Positions 25,225 through 47,022 of a DNA stretch of 64,000 bases are shown in pieces. The stretch's first letter is position 1, and each line of letters starts with the position of its first letter. The translations under genes were made by a program, and so were the position numbers. Where the stretch lies: NCBI GenBank assembly GCA_001179505.1, contig CDMY01000456.1, positions 309,129-373,128 of the forward strand. Reading direction: 5' to 3'. A model generated the notes under the pieces. It saw nothing but the letters and a program-made list of their open reading frames with translations, ran no database searches and was not told the origin of the DNA. The stretch comes from Vitrella brassicaformis CCMP3155. Taxonomy: Eukaryota > Protista > Chromerida.

Positions 25225-27401
25225 AGTGGATTGGCAAGTGGAGGGAGCATTCTGTGAGCGAGGGATGGTGCCCCTGTGTGTGCGTGTGTGTGTGTGCTTA
25301 TGTGAGGACAATGGCAATGATGCTCCCCCTCGTCGCTTGATTGGGTCAGGAACTATTCAGTCAGTCAGTCAGTCAGTCCTTCGTCCAGCTGAGCACCACA
25401 TCCATCCATCCATCCATGTGCAGCAGACCGTCTGCATCTGTCTGTCTGTCTGTCGTGTTACGTACAGTGTACTGCAAGCACTGCAAGCACTGCAGTCACA
25501 CTCTCTCTCACACATACGGCGCTGCGTCTTCCAAAAACGAGGCTGCGCGGCTGCATACCCAGCCCAATCCAGTTGCACCATGTCACGCAGACGGCCAAAG
25601 GAACAGCGAGTCGCGTGAGGTGAGGACATACAAGGGGGCAGATAGATACATATGCATGCATGTGATCAACACACACACGGGGATGGTGGATATGGCCAGA
25701 CACCGCGCGCACGGGTCGAAAAACACTCATCGACCGAACGGCGACTGAACGGTAGGTATGTCGTGCAGTCAAGTCTATCGTATAAGCGAAAAAAGCGAGC
25801 GGACATTCCCCCCCCCTCTCTCTCACTCTCACTGCGAGTATAAGGTAAGGTACTGCCGGTCAGTCGGTCGAGCCAAGACCGTCTCTCCGCGAATTCGATG
25901 CTTGCACGGGTCCGATTGATCATGCAGGTGCACGCCCTGTCTCTCTGTGGTGTGTGTGTGTGCCGGGTGGGCGGGGGGTGTGTCTGTGTGGAAGGGTATG
26001 ACGGGGTCATGGGTATCGCGGGGTCATCTAACTTGACTCAGTGTGGGTGGGGTGATGGATATCTATCTCGGTTCAGGCAGGCAATCAAAATCCTTCGTTC
26101 CTTCCTGGCCAGCCAGCCACCGCCCCAAGACCATCTCAGCTCAGCTGGGAGCAGAGACCTTCGAATTGTCACCATCACACCAACCACACACACACAGACA
26201 GACGGACAGACAGACAGACACATGCACACCAACACGGGCACATGAGCGCTTACCTGTACACAACGACGCAGCAGCCAGCCAGGGAGGGAGGGAGCCCACA
26301 GACGGGCCCGGGTCAAAATGCAATAAAACAGCCGCTGCACTGCGCTCACAGCCCCATCCGTCCATCCATCCATCCATCCAAACCATCATCACTGCACACA
26401 TAGCGGATAAAAATAGGATCGATCATCCACACACACACACACACACGCACTCGCACACTGGTCGGTCGGCCGCAGTCTTTCCCTCCCGCAAAAAGGCCCC
26501 CACCCACTCCTCAGTCACTCAGTCAGGTGTGACTGCCATGCCAAACCTGACCACACGGTCGTCGACGGCCTCTTGACGGCGGTTTGGCGTCAAGAAGCGA
26601 CCGACACACTCACTGCTGTGCTGTGCTGCCCCCTCTCTCAGACAGACAGACAGACAGACAGCTCTCACAGCGCAAAACTGCCGCTTATGAGCTACCCCCT
26701 GGATCTCCCTTCGTCCCCCGGCCCCCCCGTCTCTCTCACACACACACTCGCACGGTCACTTTCACACTCACTCCCAAATGCACTCGCTTGTTCGATGGTC
26801 GGTCTGTCTGTCTGTCTGTCCGACCGCTCCATGCCTGTTCGTCACAGTAGTGATGCTGGCATGGCAGGGCATGAGACACCCCAGGCAGACAGACAGGCTG
26901 GAAGGGTAAAAAGACTCAAGACGCTCATTTGCTGCCTGCGCTTGTCCCACTTCATCTCGTCTACTTACAATCAAGGATAGGCGCAGGCAAGGCAAGGCAT
27001 GTCACACACAGCACTTCATCAAATAGACTACCGAATACTCTCTCTCTCGCTCGCTGCTGGTCGGGTGGGCGGCTGGGTGGCTGGGGTGAAGGTCTCTGAG
27101 AGACCCTCTCACCTCACTTCACTGCACACACACACACGCACACGCACTTCACACGCATTCACACACACGACACATGGATGGAGGCATGGCCAGTAAGCCA
27201 GTTTTGCAGCACGGACAAACGACACGCTCCCAGGGAGTGAATTAAACATACCTCGACTGACAGATGCACTCCCCCCCCATCCCCTAGCCCCCACAGGCAG
27301 GCAGTCAGGCCAGCCGGTGCTATAAACAGCCACACCATCAATCAACAGAGACAGACGGACAAAACCACTCCCTCCCTCTCCCTCCCTCAAGGTTTGCCTG
27401 A

Positions 27402-35841
<8,440 letters not shown>

Positions 35842-36080
35842 GGTCGCTCTAGATCATCAACACAGATACGATGCGTTCAGCTGCAGCACCCCAGACACAA
35901 CAGACCGCCAGAATGGGCCCGTGCGTTTGGGAGAGGTCAAGTCACGTGTGTGCGTTTACCTGGTACGTCAGCGATTTTGAGGTGCTTTCTCAAGCAAAGA
36001 TGTATCACAGGAATGCACTATGGGCATACAAAATCGGCAAATCGTTACTTCGTCTTCTGGCTCTCTTTTCTCCTTGTCCC

Positions 36081-36106
36081 AAGCTCGCAGGGACAAATGC
36101 GAGCTT
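36081..36106. promoter_or_regulatory. Inverted pair of the AGCTCGCA motif in the PNO/Kelch bidirectional promoter
   Basis: AAGCTCGCA-(8 nt)-TGCGAGCTT; the same 8-mer core recurs in other divergent promoters. Confidence 0.55.
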
Positions 36107-36172
36107 TACCCCGCGGTGCGATCTCCTTTTCTCTGCTCGCAGGCAAACACAAATTGATAAAGATTCTTTGGG

Positions 36173-38645
36173 ATGTTGAGCGAACTCTTGCCCCCGCCGG
36201 CCGCAGCCGAGACGGAGGCAGCAGACGGAAAGGAGGCTGCCAGAGGGGAACGAAGGCTGCGGCACAGACACTGGCAGTGGGCACGACCACAGGTGCGCAG
36301 CCTGACACACATGACATGACACCCCTTTGCAGTGACACATGACATGCAGCTGACTCCCTCCGTTGCGTTAATTGCAGGTTGAGGGCCTGGGCCCCTCTGC
36401 CCGTGGCGGGCACACGGCCACGCTTGTGGGCGGGCGTGTCGTGGTGTTTGGCGGCCACTGTTACGCGGGTCAGGGTGCCGATGTGGCCAAGAAGAAGCTC
36501 AAGGCGCCCCCTGTGGAGTCTGCGAGTGTGGCCAAGAGCAAGGGGTTCGAGTACTTCAACGACGTGCACGTGCTGGACGTCGACGCCAACCAGTGGATAG
36601 TCCCCAGATGCAGAGGCACGCCGCCACAGTCAAGGTAGGTGAGACAGACAGACAGACAGAGAGAAGGAAGGAAGGACACCGGACAACGAACGTACCCTTT
36701 GTGTGTGGCCATTCAGGTATGGCCACTCCGCGACTCTTGTCGGCAGCCGCATCGTCATTTTCGGCGGCAGGGGGATCGACGACACCCACTTCAGGGGTGA
36801 GAGAGTGAGTGAGTGGAAGGGTACACAATTAATCCACCCAGCCACCCAGCCACCCACCGTGCTCGGTGCATGTAGATTTGCACGCCCTGGAGACTGTGGG
36901 GAGCGGCAAGGAGGCGCAGTCGCCCTCCCTCGACCCCAACACGGGTCTGCCCCTGCCCATCACCATCACATATACGTGGTATCAGGGCCCATGCTCGGGC
37001 GGGACGCCGCTCGCGAGAATGGGACACTCTTGCTCTCTGGTCTGTCGGCACGGCACACCAGACGCCACACGCCACAGAGGCCAATCATTGGGATGGATGG
37101 GAGAAGAGACAGACAGACAGCCTCACCACATGTTTGGTTGCCCTTCTTGTCGTCGTCAGTTTGGGTCTCGCCTGTTCATTTTCGGCGGTGTCTGCGGCAC
37201 CACCTTCTTCGGCGATCTGCACTGCCTCGACCTCGCTTCGATGGGTAGGTAGCTAGCTAGACACGCCCGCATGGCGTGGTCCAAATGGGGAGAGGGAGGA
37301 AGAGACATATATGTAGTTGTCGGGGGGCTGGTGCAGCTTGGAGCATCCCCGAGACAATCGGGCCCCGCCCGTCGCCGCGTACAGGTCACGCCGCACTCAT
37401 GGTGGGTGAGAAGCTCGTCATCCACGGCGGGCTGTGTGCGGGATCGCCGCTCACATCCATCAAACGAATCGCGTGAGTGAGACACACACAACACAACACA
37501 ACTCACACGCGCAGCGCGGCGCACATACATTGACAGACAGACATGAATGGGTGCTGGTCTGGTCTTGCTGTGTTGTGTGTATCTATCATGTGCAATGCAG
37601 GTCCTCTGACACGAGCGGCACGTTGCTGTGTGACTGTTACCTGAACGACATGCGTGTGCTCGACATCCCCAACCTCGTGTGGTCACGCATACGCACCACC
37701 GGCACGCCGCCAGCCGCCAGATACGGTCGGTCGATCGATCGATCGATCCGCCGCTGAGAGAGACACTCGAGACACGACACCATACTACACTACAAGCGAC
37801 AACACGCATGCCTTTCCCTCCCTCCCTCCCTCCCTCCCTGTCTCTCTGTCTCTCTGTCTGTCTGTGTGTGTGTGTGTGTCTGTGTGTCTGTGTCTGCAGG
37901 TCACACGATGATGCTCTCTGATGAGGACATACTCATATATGGCGGGTGGGGCGGCGGCGTCAAGCGCAGGTTCGGTGGCGGGGGCAAGTCGATAACAGGC
38001 GGCAGCACCTCCCGCCCCGCATCACAGCAGCACTCGCCGCAGCAGTCGACCCACCGGAGGACACCGCCAACCGAGGAAAAGACAGCCGATGACATCTCAC
38101 TCCTCAGACTCGGTGCGTGGTGCGCTGCAGTGCGCTGGCTGGGAGGGAGGCTTGGATGGGACACCGCAGTGACCGCACCGCATCCGTCTGCTCTCCGGGC
38201 CTTTTGGTGTGTTGTTTGTGCAGGTGATATGCGTTGGTGCCGTCCCCCGTTCGTGGGAAGCCTGCCGGCCATTCGATACGGCCACTCGTGCACCGTCATC
38301 GGTCCGCACCTCGTGATTGTGGGCGGCTGGGACGGAGGCAAACCCCTCAACGACATTCTCGTCTTCAGAGACAGGTAGGTCCCTGCCTACCGTGCCGTAC
38401 ACACCTGGCTGGACGGACGATGGGTGGTGGGCATCTGTCTGTGCGTGGCTTGTCGGTTGGTTGGTTGGTGCAGGGCTGTTGACTTCGAAGACTCGATGAT
38501 GGGGCATCAGGAGCACCCCGAGCGTGAACACGATGAGGGAGGGGGAGAGTGGGAAGGAGAGGGAGAGGGGGAGGGGGAGGGGGAGGTTGAAAGGGCTGAG
38601 GAAGCAGCGGAAGAAATGCATGCAGATGCAGAAGAGGACGCGTGA
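36173..38645 (+). CDS. Kelch-repeat beta-propeller protein with acidic tail
   Basis: Six GH(T/S/A)x3 / FGG-type repeats (GHTATLVG, GHSATLVG, GHSCSL, GHAALMVG, GHTMML, GHSCTVIG); Glu-rich last exon. Confidence 0.88.
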
Positions 38646-39037
38646 GTGAGTGAGTGCGCTCTCGATGGATTGGACGCTGTTTGTGGTCCTGTGGATGGAT
38701 GGATGTATCTATGTGTTTGTATGGGATGGCTGCACGGCACCTGACGTGCTGGCTGACGAAGGAAGGATTGACTCATTCATTTGTGGGTGAGCGTTGTGTG
38801 GCTACGACGGGAAGTCAGCGTCAGTCAGTTCTCTGAAGTGCTCTTGCCCTAGCGCCTGCCTCAAGCATTCAAAGACCTGCGAACCACCAAGCCCACACCC
38901 CTGTCCAGCCGCTGCCCCTGCCTCTACTCGATCACCCCCACCGCCCCAATCACACACCCTCTCTCCGTACGCAGCCACAAGCTTGCCTACATATATGTCA
39001 CCAACACACACGCGCACACGCGTGTCAGGTACATGAT

Positions 39038-39406
39038 TCATGAGCTGTCTTGCTGCCTTGATTTCGCTTGCTCACAGTCGGTTTGGGTGAAGTAGGGGGC
39101 CACATTGACCTCAAAAACCCGCGCGCGCACCAATGTGAGGGAGGAGGGGTCCGGGGCGCTGGGGGTGTCACTCGTCGCTCCACGCATCGATGGAGCCGCG
39201 AAGCTCTTGGCGACCGAGAACCGCACACTGTGGTGGTCATCTTGTGGCTGGGGGACATCGGTAGGCGCGGTCTGGGATGCAGGTGGTGTGTGGCGGACAC
39301 GCCCGTCGGTGTCGACGTGGAAGGGCCTCATGAGGGGGAGGAACAGCGATGCGCACTCGTGGAGGGATATGTCAGCCTGGGTCGGGTCACAGACAGAGAA
39401 GGGATG

Positions 39407-39441
<35 letters not shown>

Positions 39442-40542
39442 CACTGCACGTGACGTGCAATACGCCAATACACCCCACCCAGCCTCCCACGCACCCGTTC
39501 TTCGAATGAGAGCAGTGCGGGGCCCGATGAGCCAGGAGCACTCTCAACACAAGAAGTGAACAGATACACCCTGGCGGATGATAACACTCACACATGAATG
39601 CAGACAGGGGGAGCGGCTGGTGCGTCTGTCTGTCTGTCTGTCTCACTCACTCACTCACTGCAGTGCGTGGCGGAGGTCATCGAAGATGTCGCTGCCTTGC
39701 CGGTCAGGGTCCACATACACACAATCTGTGCCAGCCGACGTGGAGATTTACAAGGTGCGTCCCCTTTGTGCGGCAACTACCTGATGCGATCAGCAGGTCG
39801 TATGGGCGGCTTCTGCGAGAGCCGGACGATTCATCATCAGTGTTGATGCGAAAGTCAGCCGGTGAGGCCTCGTGCCACAGCAAGGGGGCCACCTCAATGC
39901 GGCCGCTGTCTGACCACACGCACACGCACACAGTCCTGCATATACGAGTGTGTCCGCCTGCCTATCGTGTTGACCCTCCCTCCCTCCCTCTCTCACCGAC
40001 CAACCTTTCAGATGCGAGTTGAGGGCCACGCTCTCTGCGATGAGCGGCAGCACCTCCGGCCGGTCAGTCATCCGCACTCGTCGAGCGCCCTTGTCAGCAC
40101 ACACCAGCCCACACACACCCGTCCCCGCCCCAATCTCTACCACACCCACACCATTGTCGAAGAAGCCATCCGGCAGCCTGTCGAGCATCATGGTGGCGAG
40201 GCTAATGCCCGCCTCCCACACCACCGCACCCAGGCCGACAGTGCATGCCTTCTCCCAGTTGGTCTCCTGCTTGATGCGGACAGACGAGGGGCCACCGAGC
40301 TGCAGGATCTCGGCATCCCACATGGGGTTGCGGGTAAGCGTGAAGGACGCAGTCGTCGACATGCACCGACTCGGACTGCGGCTGCTCGGCCAGCGAGGGA
40401 ACGGGAGTGCCAGAGGTTTTGCTGGCTGCGGCAGATGTGCGTCGAGGGGCATTGGCTGCGGCCTCAGGCGTGAGCAGCAGATCTGGTGGCGGAGCTGCGC
40501 AGCGTACGAACGGGCCGACAGAAGACGCTGACTCATCTCCAT
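39038..40542 (-). CDS. Class I SAM-dependent protein lysine methyltransferase (Methyltransf_16 / METTL21-like) with a putative mitochondrial presequence
   Basis: GAVVWEAG, VVEIGAGTGVCG, MTDRPEVLPL, LLW, LIASDCVY and LSFEER. The first ~60 aa are R/S/L/P-rich with few acidic residues. Confidence 0.85.
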
Positions 40543-40773
40543 CCTCCGGCGCGGCAGATTTCAGAGACGGGATGACATTCAGAGGTCACGACGTCGTTCC
40601 TCAGGCCTTTTTCCCTGGCCTTTTTCCTCAGGATCGCAAAGCTCGCAAAGGGGGAGGAAAGGGCTAACAATTAGGGGGAATAGGAGAGCGCAGAAGGACC
40701 AGCAGGGCCAATCGGCTTTGTTTTCATCGTGTGCTCACTGTTTTGGAGCTGTGCTGACTGAAACGAGGCAGGC

Positions 40774-41676
40774 ATGGCAGAGGACCGGTATGTGTTTGAG
40801 ACGGAGTGGTACGACCCCCAGGCGGAGCTGCAGAGGAAATACCTACTCACCTTCTACCTCAAAGACAACACCATCGAAATGGTACGGATGGTCACACGCA
40901 CGGCGCTTTACAGTGCAGTGCACTAACAGCTCTTCCCCCATTGCAGATGGACATCGTGATGTTGTATGTTGATTGCGTGTGTTGCTGTGTATGTGCGCAG
41001 TATGACGTCAAGAACCACAGGATGTTTCTGAAGCGCACGTGCTACCCCTCCGTGGAGCTGTCGGACCTGTTCATCGGGGCCAGAGTCACCATCTTTTCGA
41101 GGCAGCTGAAGCTCGTCCAGTACGGCGACGTCTTCACACGCAAATGCCTCGAGACAAGGAGATCCAGGTGGAGTGGATGGGGGACAGGATCGAGAGAATT
41201 GTGTGTGGAATTGTGTCATTGATTGCAATGGTTTATCAGGACTCTCGCGTTGGTGAAGCCGGATGGGTATCAGAAGATGGGGCGGATTCTGCAGGCGGCC
41301 ATCGACGCGGGGCTGATTGTCAGCCGCGTCAAGATGGTGCGGCTCGCGCCGCAAGACACGGCCGACTTCTGCGGGGCCATACCCACATACGCACAGGTAC
41401 AGTACACACAGCCATCCCGTGTTTTGATGTGTCTCTCCACGTCTGCGTGTCTGTCTGTCTGTCTGCCAGGATAGCGGTGTCTTTGACCGTGCGGTGCAGT
41501 TCATGTCTAGCGACGTGGTGGTGGCCATTGAGCTGGTGGGGCAGGATGCAGTGGCCACATGGAAACGCATCATCGGCCCCGACGACCCCGCAGTGAGCAC
41601 ATGGACAGACGGACAGACGGACAGACGGATAGACGGACAGATCCAGAGGGAGGGAGGGAGGGAGGGAGGGAGAGAG

Positions 41677-41707
<31 letters not shown>

Positions 41708-42089
41708 CCAAGCAGACAAAGAGAGCGAAACCAGGGAGCCCTTTGTGTGTACTGTACGTGCAGCAAGCCAAGGCGCAGTCTCCTCAGAGTCTGCACGCGT
41801 CGTGTGGCGGTGAGGACGTTGTGCAGAATGCCGTCCACGGCAGCGACTCCAACGAAATGGCCCGCCTGGAGCTGGAGTTCTTCTTCGACAGGAAGTGGCA
41901 GGTGGGTACACACAACACACTACACACGTCTGTAGCTGTCACGTCACCTCATGTGTGTCCGTGTCGTGGGGTGGGGTGCACTGCAGCCGACGGCTTTGGT
42001 TAACCACTGTTCGTGTGCAGTCATTCGTCCGCACGCCATGAGACAGGCGGGGCACATCATAGGTAGGTTCACCACGCCACACGGCTTGG

Positions 42090-42123
<34 letters not shown>

Positions 42124-42869
42124 TTCTGACACCAACCGTTGACCGCTGGGTGTCTGTCATGTGGAGGTAGATGACATTCTGAAGGCGGGGTTTGAGGTCT
42201 CTGCGATGGAGCTCTTTCAGCTCAACAAACAGATGGCTCAGGAGTTCCTGGAAGTCTACAAGGTATTCATTAACCAGGAGGGAAACAACTGAGACACACA
42301 GAACGAACGAACGCTCCCGTGCGTGTGATTCCATTGATTGCGTATTGTCAGACGGCGTTGCCTGAGTACAGCAGTTTGGTGGAGCAGATGTGTTCGGGCC
42401 CCTGCCTGGCCATGGAGATTAGGCAGGAGAATGCCGTTCAGACCTTCAGGGACCTCGTAAACACAGCACACACAAGGCACCACCGAACCAAACGAGACAC
42501 GCAGGACAGGGAAAGGACATGTGGTGTAGGTGGGGCCCCACGACCCGGACATCGCAAGAGCTTTGCGGCCCAACACACTACGAGCAAAGTGAGACAGACA
42601 TTCTTGCTGCACAGACAGGTGATGAGGTGATTGAGGTTCGCTGGCTGCCCGCCTGCCTGTTGCTCAGGTACGGCATCGATCGCGTCAAGAACGCCGTGCA
42701 CTGCACAGACCTGCCGGAGGACGGCGCGCTGGAGGTGGGCGGGCCAGTGAGGTGTGTCGACCAAAACCGTTTGGGCTCATGGGGCTGGCTGTGTGTCGTG
42801 GGTTGACGACAGGTCGAGTTTTTCTTCAGCATCCTGCAGCAGCAGCAGCAGCAGCAGCAGGGCTCATAG
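40774..42869 (+). CDS. NME7: Nucleoside diphosphate kinase 7 (DM10 + two NDK domains), ciliary/centrosomal
   Basis: DRYVFETEWYDPQA...MFLKRT (DM10); RTLALVKPDG; QNAVHGSDS; VIRPHA; GPHDPDIAR; KNAVHCTDLPEDG; VEFFF. Confidence 0.93.
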
Positions 42870-43114
42870 ATAGCTTGGTGTTGGTTGGTGTGTGGTCGAA
42901 GGACAGCTATCCTCGTTCGTGTGTGTGGACGGGGGGCATCCATGATCGATGAACGGCATACACGCTCATGCAAAGTGAAGGCACAAGTCGAGCGCCCTGG
43001 CCTGCCTCCATGCCGTGTGTAGCTTGGGGGTTAATTAAAACGGTGTCCGGCAGAGACAGGCAGAAGAAGCCATCATGGTCATGATCACACACATGGGGCA
43101 CCCACACAGCACAA

Positions 43115-43145
<31 letters not shown>

Positions 43146-44818
43146 CATTCATAAGTGTGTCCAATGGCCGCAACCAATCCAATGCACTCACTCGCTCACG
43201 ACATGCAATCACCTCTCACACAACACTTTCGTCACAACACACGCACGGCCAAGCGGCACAGCTGGAAACGCTCAGGTGGTGACATGCACACACACGCACA
43301 CACACACACACGGACACACACACAGAGGCAGAGACCACGGATACAGACGTGCACACCGAGACGAGACAGTCAGTGGGTGAGTGTGATCCCGCCCGTCCGC
43401 CCGCCCGCCCGCCCACAAATATCCTTCAGCCAGCCAGTGGAGCGAACCAGCAGCCGGGCGGGCACCAGGGAGACAGACAGACAAGGCAGATTAAAAGATA
43501 CACCCACATAAGTGAGTGCGCCATCCCATCCCCCCGCAATGCCCCGCCCCTATCCCCACCCACACGACAGCCTGGCAGCCGGCCGGCCTCTCGCTCGCGT
43601 CCATTGGGATGCACAGAGGACGGCCGGCCGGCCGGCCGGCAAGACCGGCCAGTGATCATCACACACACACATACGGTATATACCCCACCCCCACCCCACC
43701 TCCATGGATCAGCTTGCCTCGCTGGCAGGGCAGGTGTGCATGGCATGGCGAGAGAGAGCTTGAGGGCCCCCGAGAGGCTGCATGCAAGCGTGCAGCACGC
43801 ATCAAAATCAACCTCTGACAGACAGAGCCTCACATGCTGCCTTTGCCTTGCCTTGCCCTGCCCTGCCTCCTGACGGCTGGCTGACACACACAGACAGTAG
43901 TGAATGCATTGAATGACATTCGAGATCCCTCCCTCCGACCCACCCACGCACCCGGTCGATGAGCTATACATGAAGGGACGACACACACACACAAACAGAG
44001 AAGAGTAAAAATCCGACACACACCCACCCAACACATCAATGAATGAGGGGACGGACGCGTGTGGGTCCAGAACACACACACGGGCGAGCCAGAGAGAGCG
44101 GAGACGTACGTGTTAATACCAAAGGAACCCCCCCTGTTTGTTTGGCTACGCGGGCTTTAAAAACCAATACACATACATCAATCGACGAATCAATCGTGTG
44201 TGTGTGTGTGTGTGTGCGAGGTGACACACGGCTTGTCCATCTCATCTACGGCGAGTGAGAGGGTGGTGAATAGAGACGACTTAGGCGCTACATACGCTAC
44301 TGACGACCGACCACACCGACCGACGGACGGACGCAGCGCTACGAGCGATGGAAGTGCCTCTCTACACCGAAAACACCACCCCGATATGACCACAGACCGA
44401 CGGACAGACCAAAGGTGAGCGGCCCTCTCTCTCCCTCCCAGAGACTGACTGACGGACGGACAGGCAATGACGTCACCCTCCCTCCTCCCGCCCGCCTCCC
44501 TGGATTTCCCCTTCCCCGCCACCTAGACAGTGAGTGCTCTCCCTCGCTGCGAGAGCGGCGAAAACGGATGATCGAGCCGTCAACACGACCGACACCACAC
44601 TCACACACAGACACACAGAGAGAGGGACATCGATGCAGAAACACAGGCAGGCAGGCAGGCAGACAGGCAGTCAGGCATGGACAGAGAGAGTGGGACACGA
44701 CAGACAGACAGGTGGGGCAGGGCATGGACCAAACACGCACGACCAACGTAGGCGGGATACACGGATGAATGAATGAATGGATGCCACGCATGCCGTGTAT
44801 CGATCGGTCGGGCAGGAC

Positions 44819-45585
44819 TTACAAAAGGTCCGCCACCTGCACAGACACAGACAGACACACGGACAGAGCCAGGTCACCCAAGCGTCGCTTTGTTCGTTAA
44901 GGCTTGCGGGCGTACGTTCGAAGGCATTTCCTCGATCTGCGTGTGGTAGTATCTTTCGATGTCCTTGAGGGCCTTCATGTCGTTGGACGTGATGAAGTTG
45001 ATGGCCACACCCTTGCGGCCAAACCGACCCGAACGACCAATCCTGCACAACACAACCACACACATATATCCATGCCAACCATGTTTGCGTGGATGCACTG
45101 CACTACAGCACAAGACACACGTGGCGCGTGGGTACCCACCTGTGCAGGTAGTTTTCCATGTTGTTTGGGAGGTCGTAGTTGATGACGAGCGAGACCTGCT
45201 GGACGTCGATGCCGCGCGCCAGCAGGTCGGTGGTGATGAGCACACGGCTGCTGCCGCTGCGGAACTCGCGCATAATCAACTCGCGCTCCTTCTGATCCAA
45301 ATCACCATGCTGATAGCACACAACCAGCACACCACACCCGGTCGGTAATGAGCATCCCATCGAGACATGTGTGTCGGGTGTGTCGGTGTGAGCGTCTTCC
45401 CCTCCCTCCCTCTCCCCACATATGTATACGTGTGTTTGTTAGTGTGTGTGTGATTGCACTGACTGACCATCGACGAGACGGTGAAGTCTCGTTTGTTCAT
45501 GTTGTCGGTGAGGTAGTCGACCTTCCTGCGCGTGTTGCAGTAGATGATGGCCTGTGTGATGGTGAGCGTCTCGTAGAGGTCCGTG

Positions 45586-45618
<33 letters not shown>

Positions 45619-46834
45619 GCCACGTAGAACTGCCGGATACCCTCGAGGGTCAGCTCCTCCTTCTTGACCAAAATGCGGATCGGGTTGCGCATGAACTTGC
45701 TCGTCAAGTCGAGGATGTCGGGGGGCATGGTGGCCGAGAACAAGGCCACCTGGATGGACGACGGCAGCTTGCGGAACACGTCGTAAATCTGGTCCTTGAA
45801 GCCGCGGCTCAGCATCTCGTCGGCCTCGTCCAGCACGAACAGGTTCATGCTGTCCAGCCGGAGGTACTTCTTGTCGATCATGTCGTAGACGCGCCCGGGG
45901 GTGCCAACCACCATGTGCACGCCCTGCGACAGCTTCTGGATGTCGTCACGCACCGCCGTCCCGCCCACACACGCGTGACACTTGACCTTCAGGTAGTCAC
46001 CCAGAGCCAACACCACCTACACACCCCACCACACCTCAGTGTTGTGCCTCGATTCCACCGTTCCTCCGCCCACTGCACTGACTGACCTTTTGAATCTGCT
46101 GGGCGAGTTCTCGAGTGGGTGCGAGCACGAGTGCCTGGCACTCGCGTATCTCGTAGTCGATCTTCTGCAGGATGGCGATGGCGAATGTGGCCGTCTTGCC
46201 GGTACCAGACTGCGCCTGTCCGATGGTGTCGTGTCCCTCGAGGATGGGCTTGATGCCCCGCTGCTGGATGGCGCTGGGCTTCTCAAATCCGTACGAGTAG
46301 ATGCCTCGCAGCAGGTCCTCGTGCAGCCCGAGGCCGTCGAAGTTCTCGATGACCTCGTCGTAGTTGCTCTCGATGACGGTGTCGTCGGCCAGCTTCTGGG
46401 ACCGCATCTCGGCGGCCTTGTCCTCACGGTCGCGGTCGCGGTCGAAGTCACGACGGTCGTCATCTCTGATCAACGTACGTGACAACATCGGGGCAGAACA
46501 ACACACACGGACACACAGCGACAGAGGCAGAGAAAGATCATGGTGATCAACGCAGAGAGGGAGTGTTGCTGAGTGCTTGCCTGCGTCTGTCCCGGCCATC
46601 GCGGTCGTCGTCACGTCTGCCGCGTCTGCAGGCAGAACGGACAGGCAGATCACTCGTTTGCTCGTCAGTGTCTGGGGATCTGACTGTCCGTGTGTTGTGG
46701 TGAGCGTACCTGTCATCGTATCTGTCGCGGTCGCGTGAGTCACGGTAGCCATCGCGGTCACGTCGGTCTCGGTCATCACGACGTCTGTCGTCATACCGCC
46801 CGTCCCTCTCTCTGTCGTAGTCATTATTGGCCAT
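44819..46834 (-). CDS. eIF4A: Translation initiation factor eIF4A (DEAD-box helicase) with Arg/Asp-rich N-terminal extension
   Basis: [55 protein letters not shown]; C-terminus ADLL*. Confidence 0.96.
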
Positions 46835-47022
46835 GCTGGTCTGCACTTCTGTGTCTTTCAAACAGTCAAACGATGCTTTGCTTGTGAATGCGGAAGCCTC
46901 CCGTCGCTTCGTCTGGGAGGCACTTTTCTCTGCAATTGCGAGCTTATTCGCGATCTCGACCGATCGAATGTAAATTGCGGAGCCGATACCCCTCGTCTGC
47001 GACGTTTGCAGAGCCGCTGGCG

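Noticed and set aside
25300-27390. Hidden gene between the reductase and PNO 3' ends, plus an 8-bp inverted repeat at 26571-26595
   Set aside because: The ORFs are microsatellite translations with no coherent exon chain; most likely 3' UTR or intergenic sequence.
42900-44810. ORFs between NME7 and eIF4A
   Set aside because: Dominated by CA, GACA and GGCA repeats; no protein-like composition.
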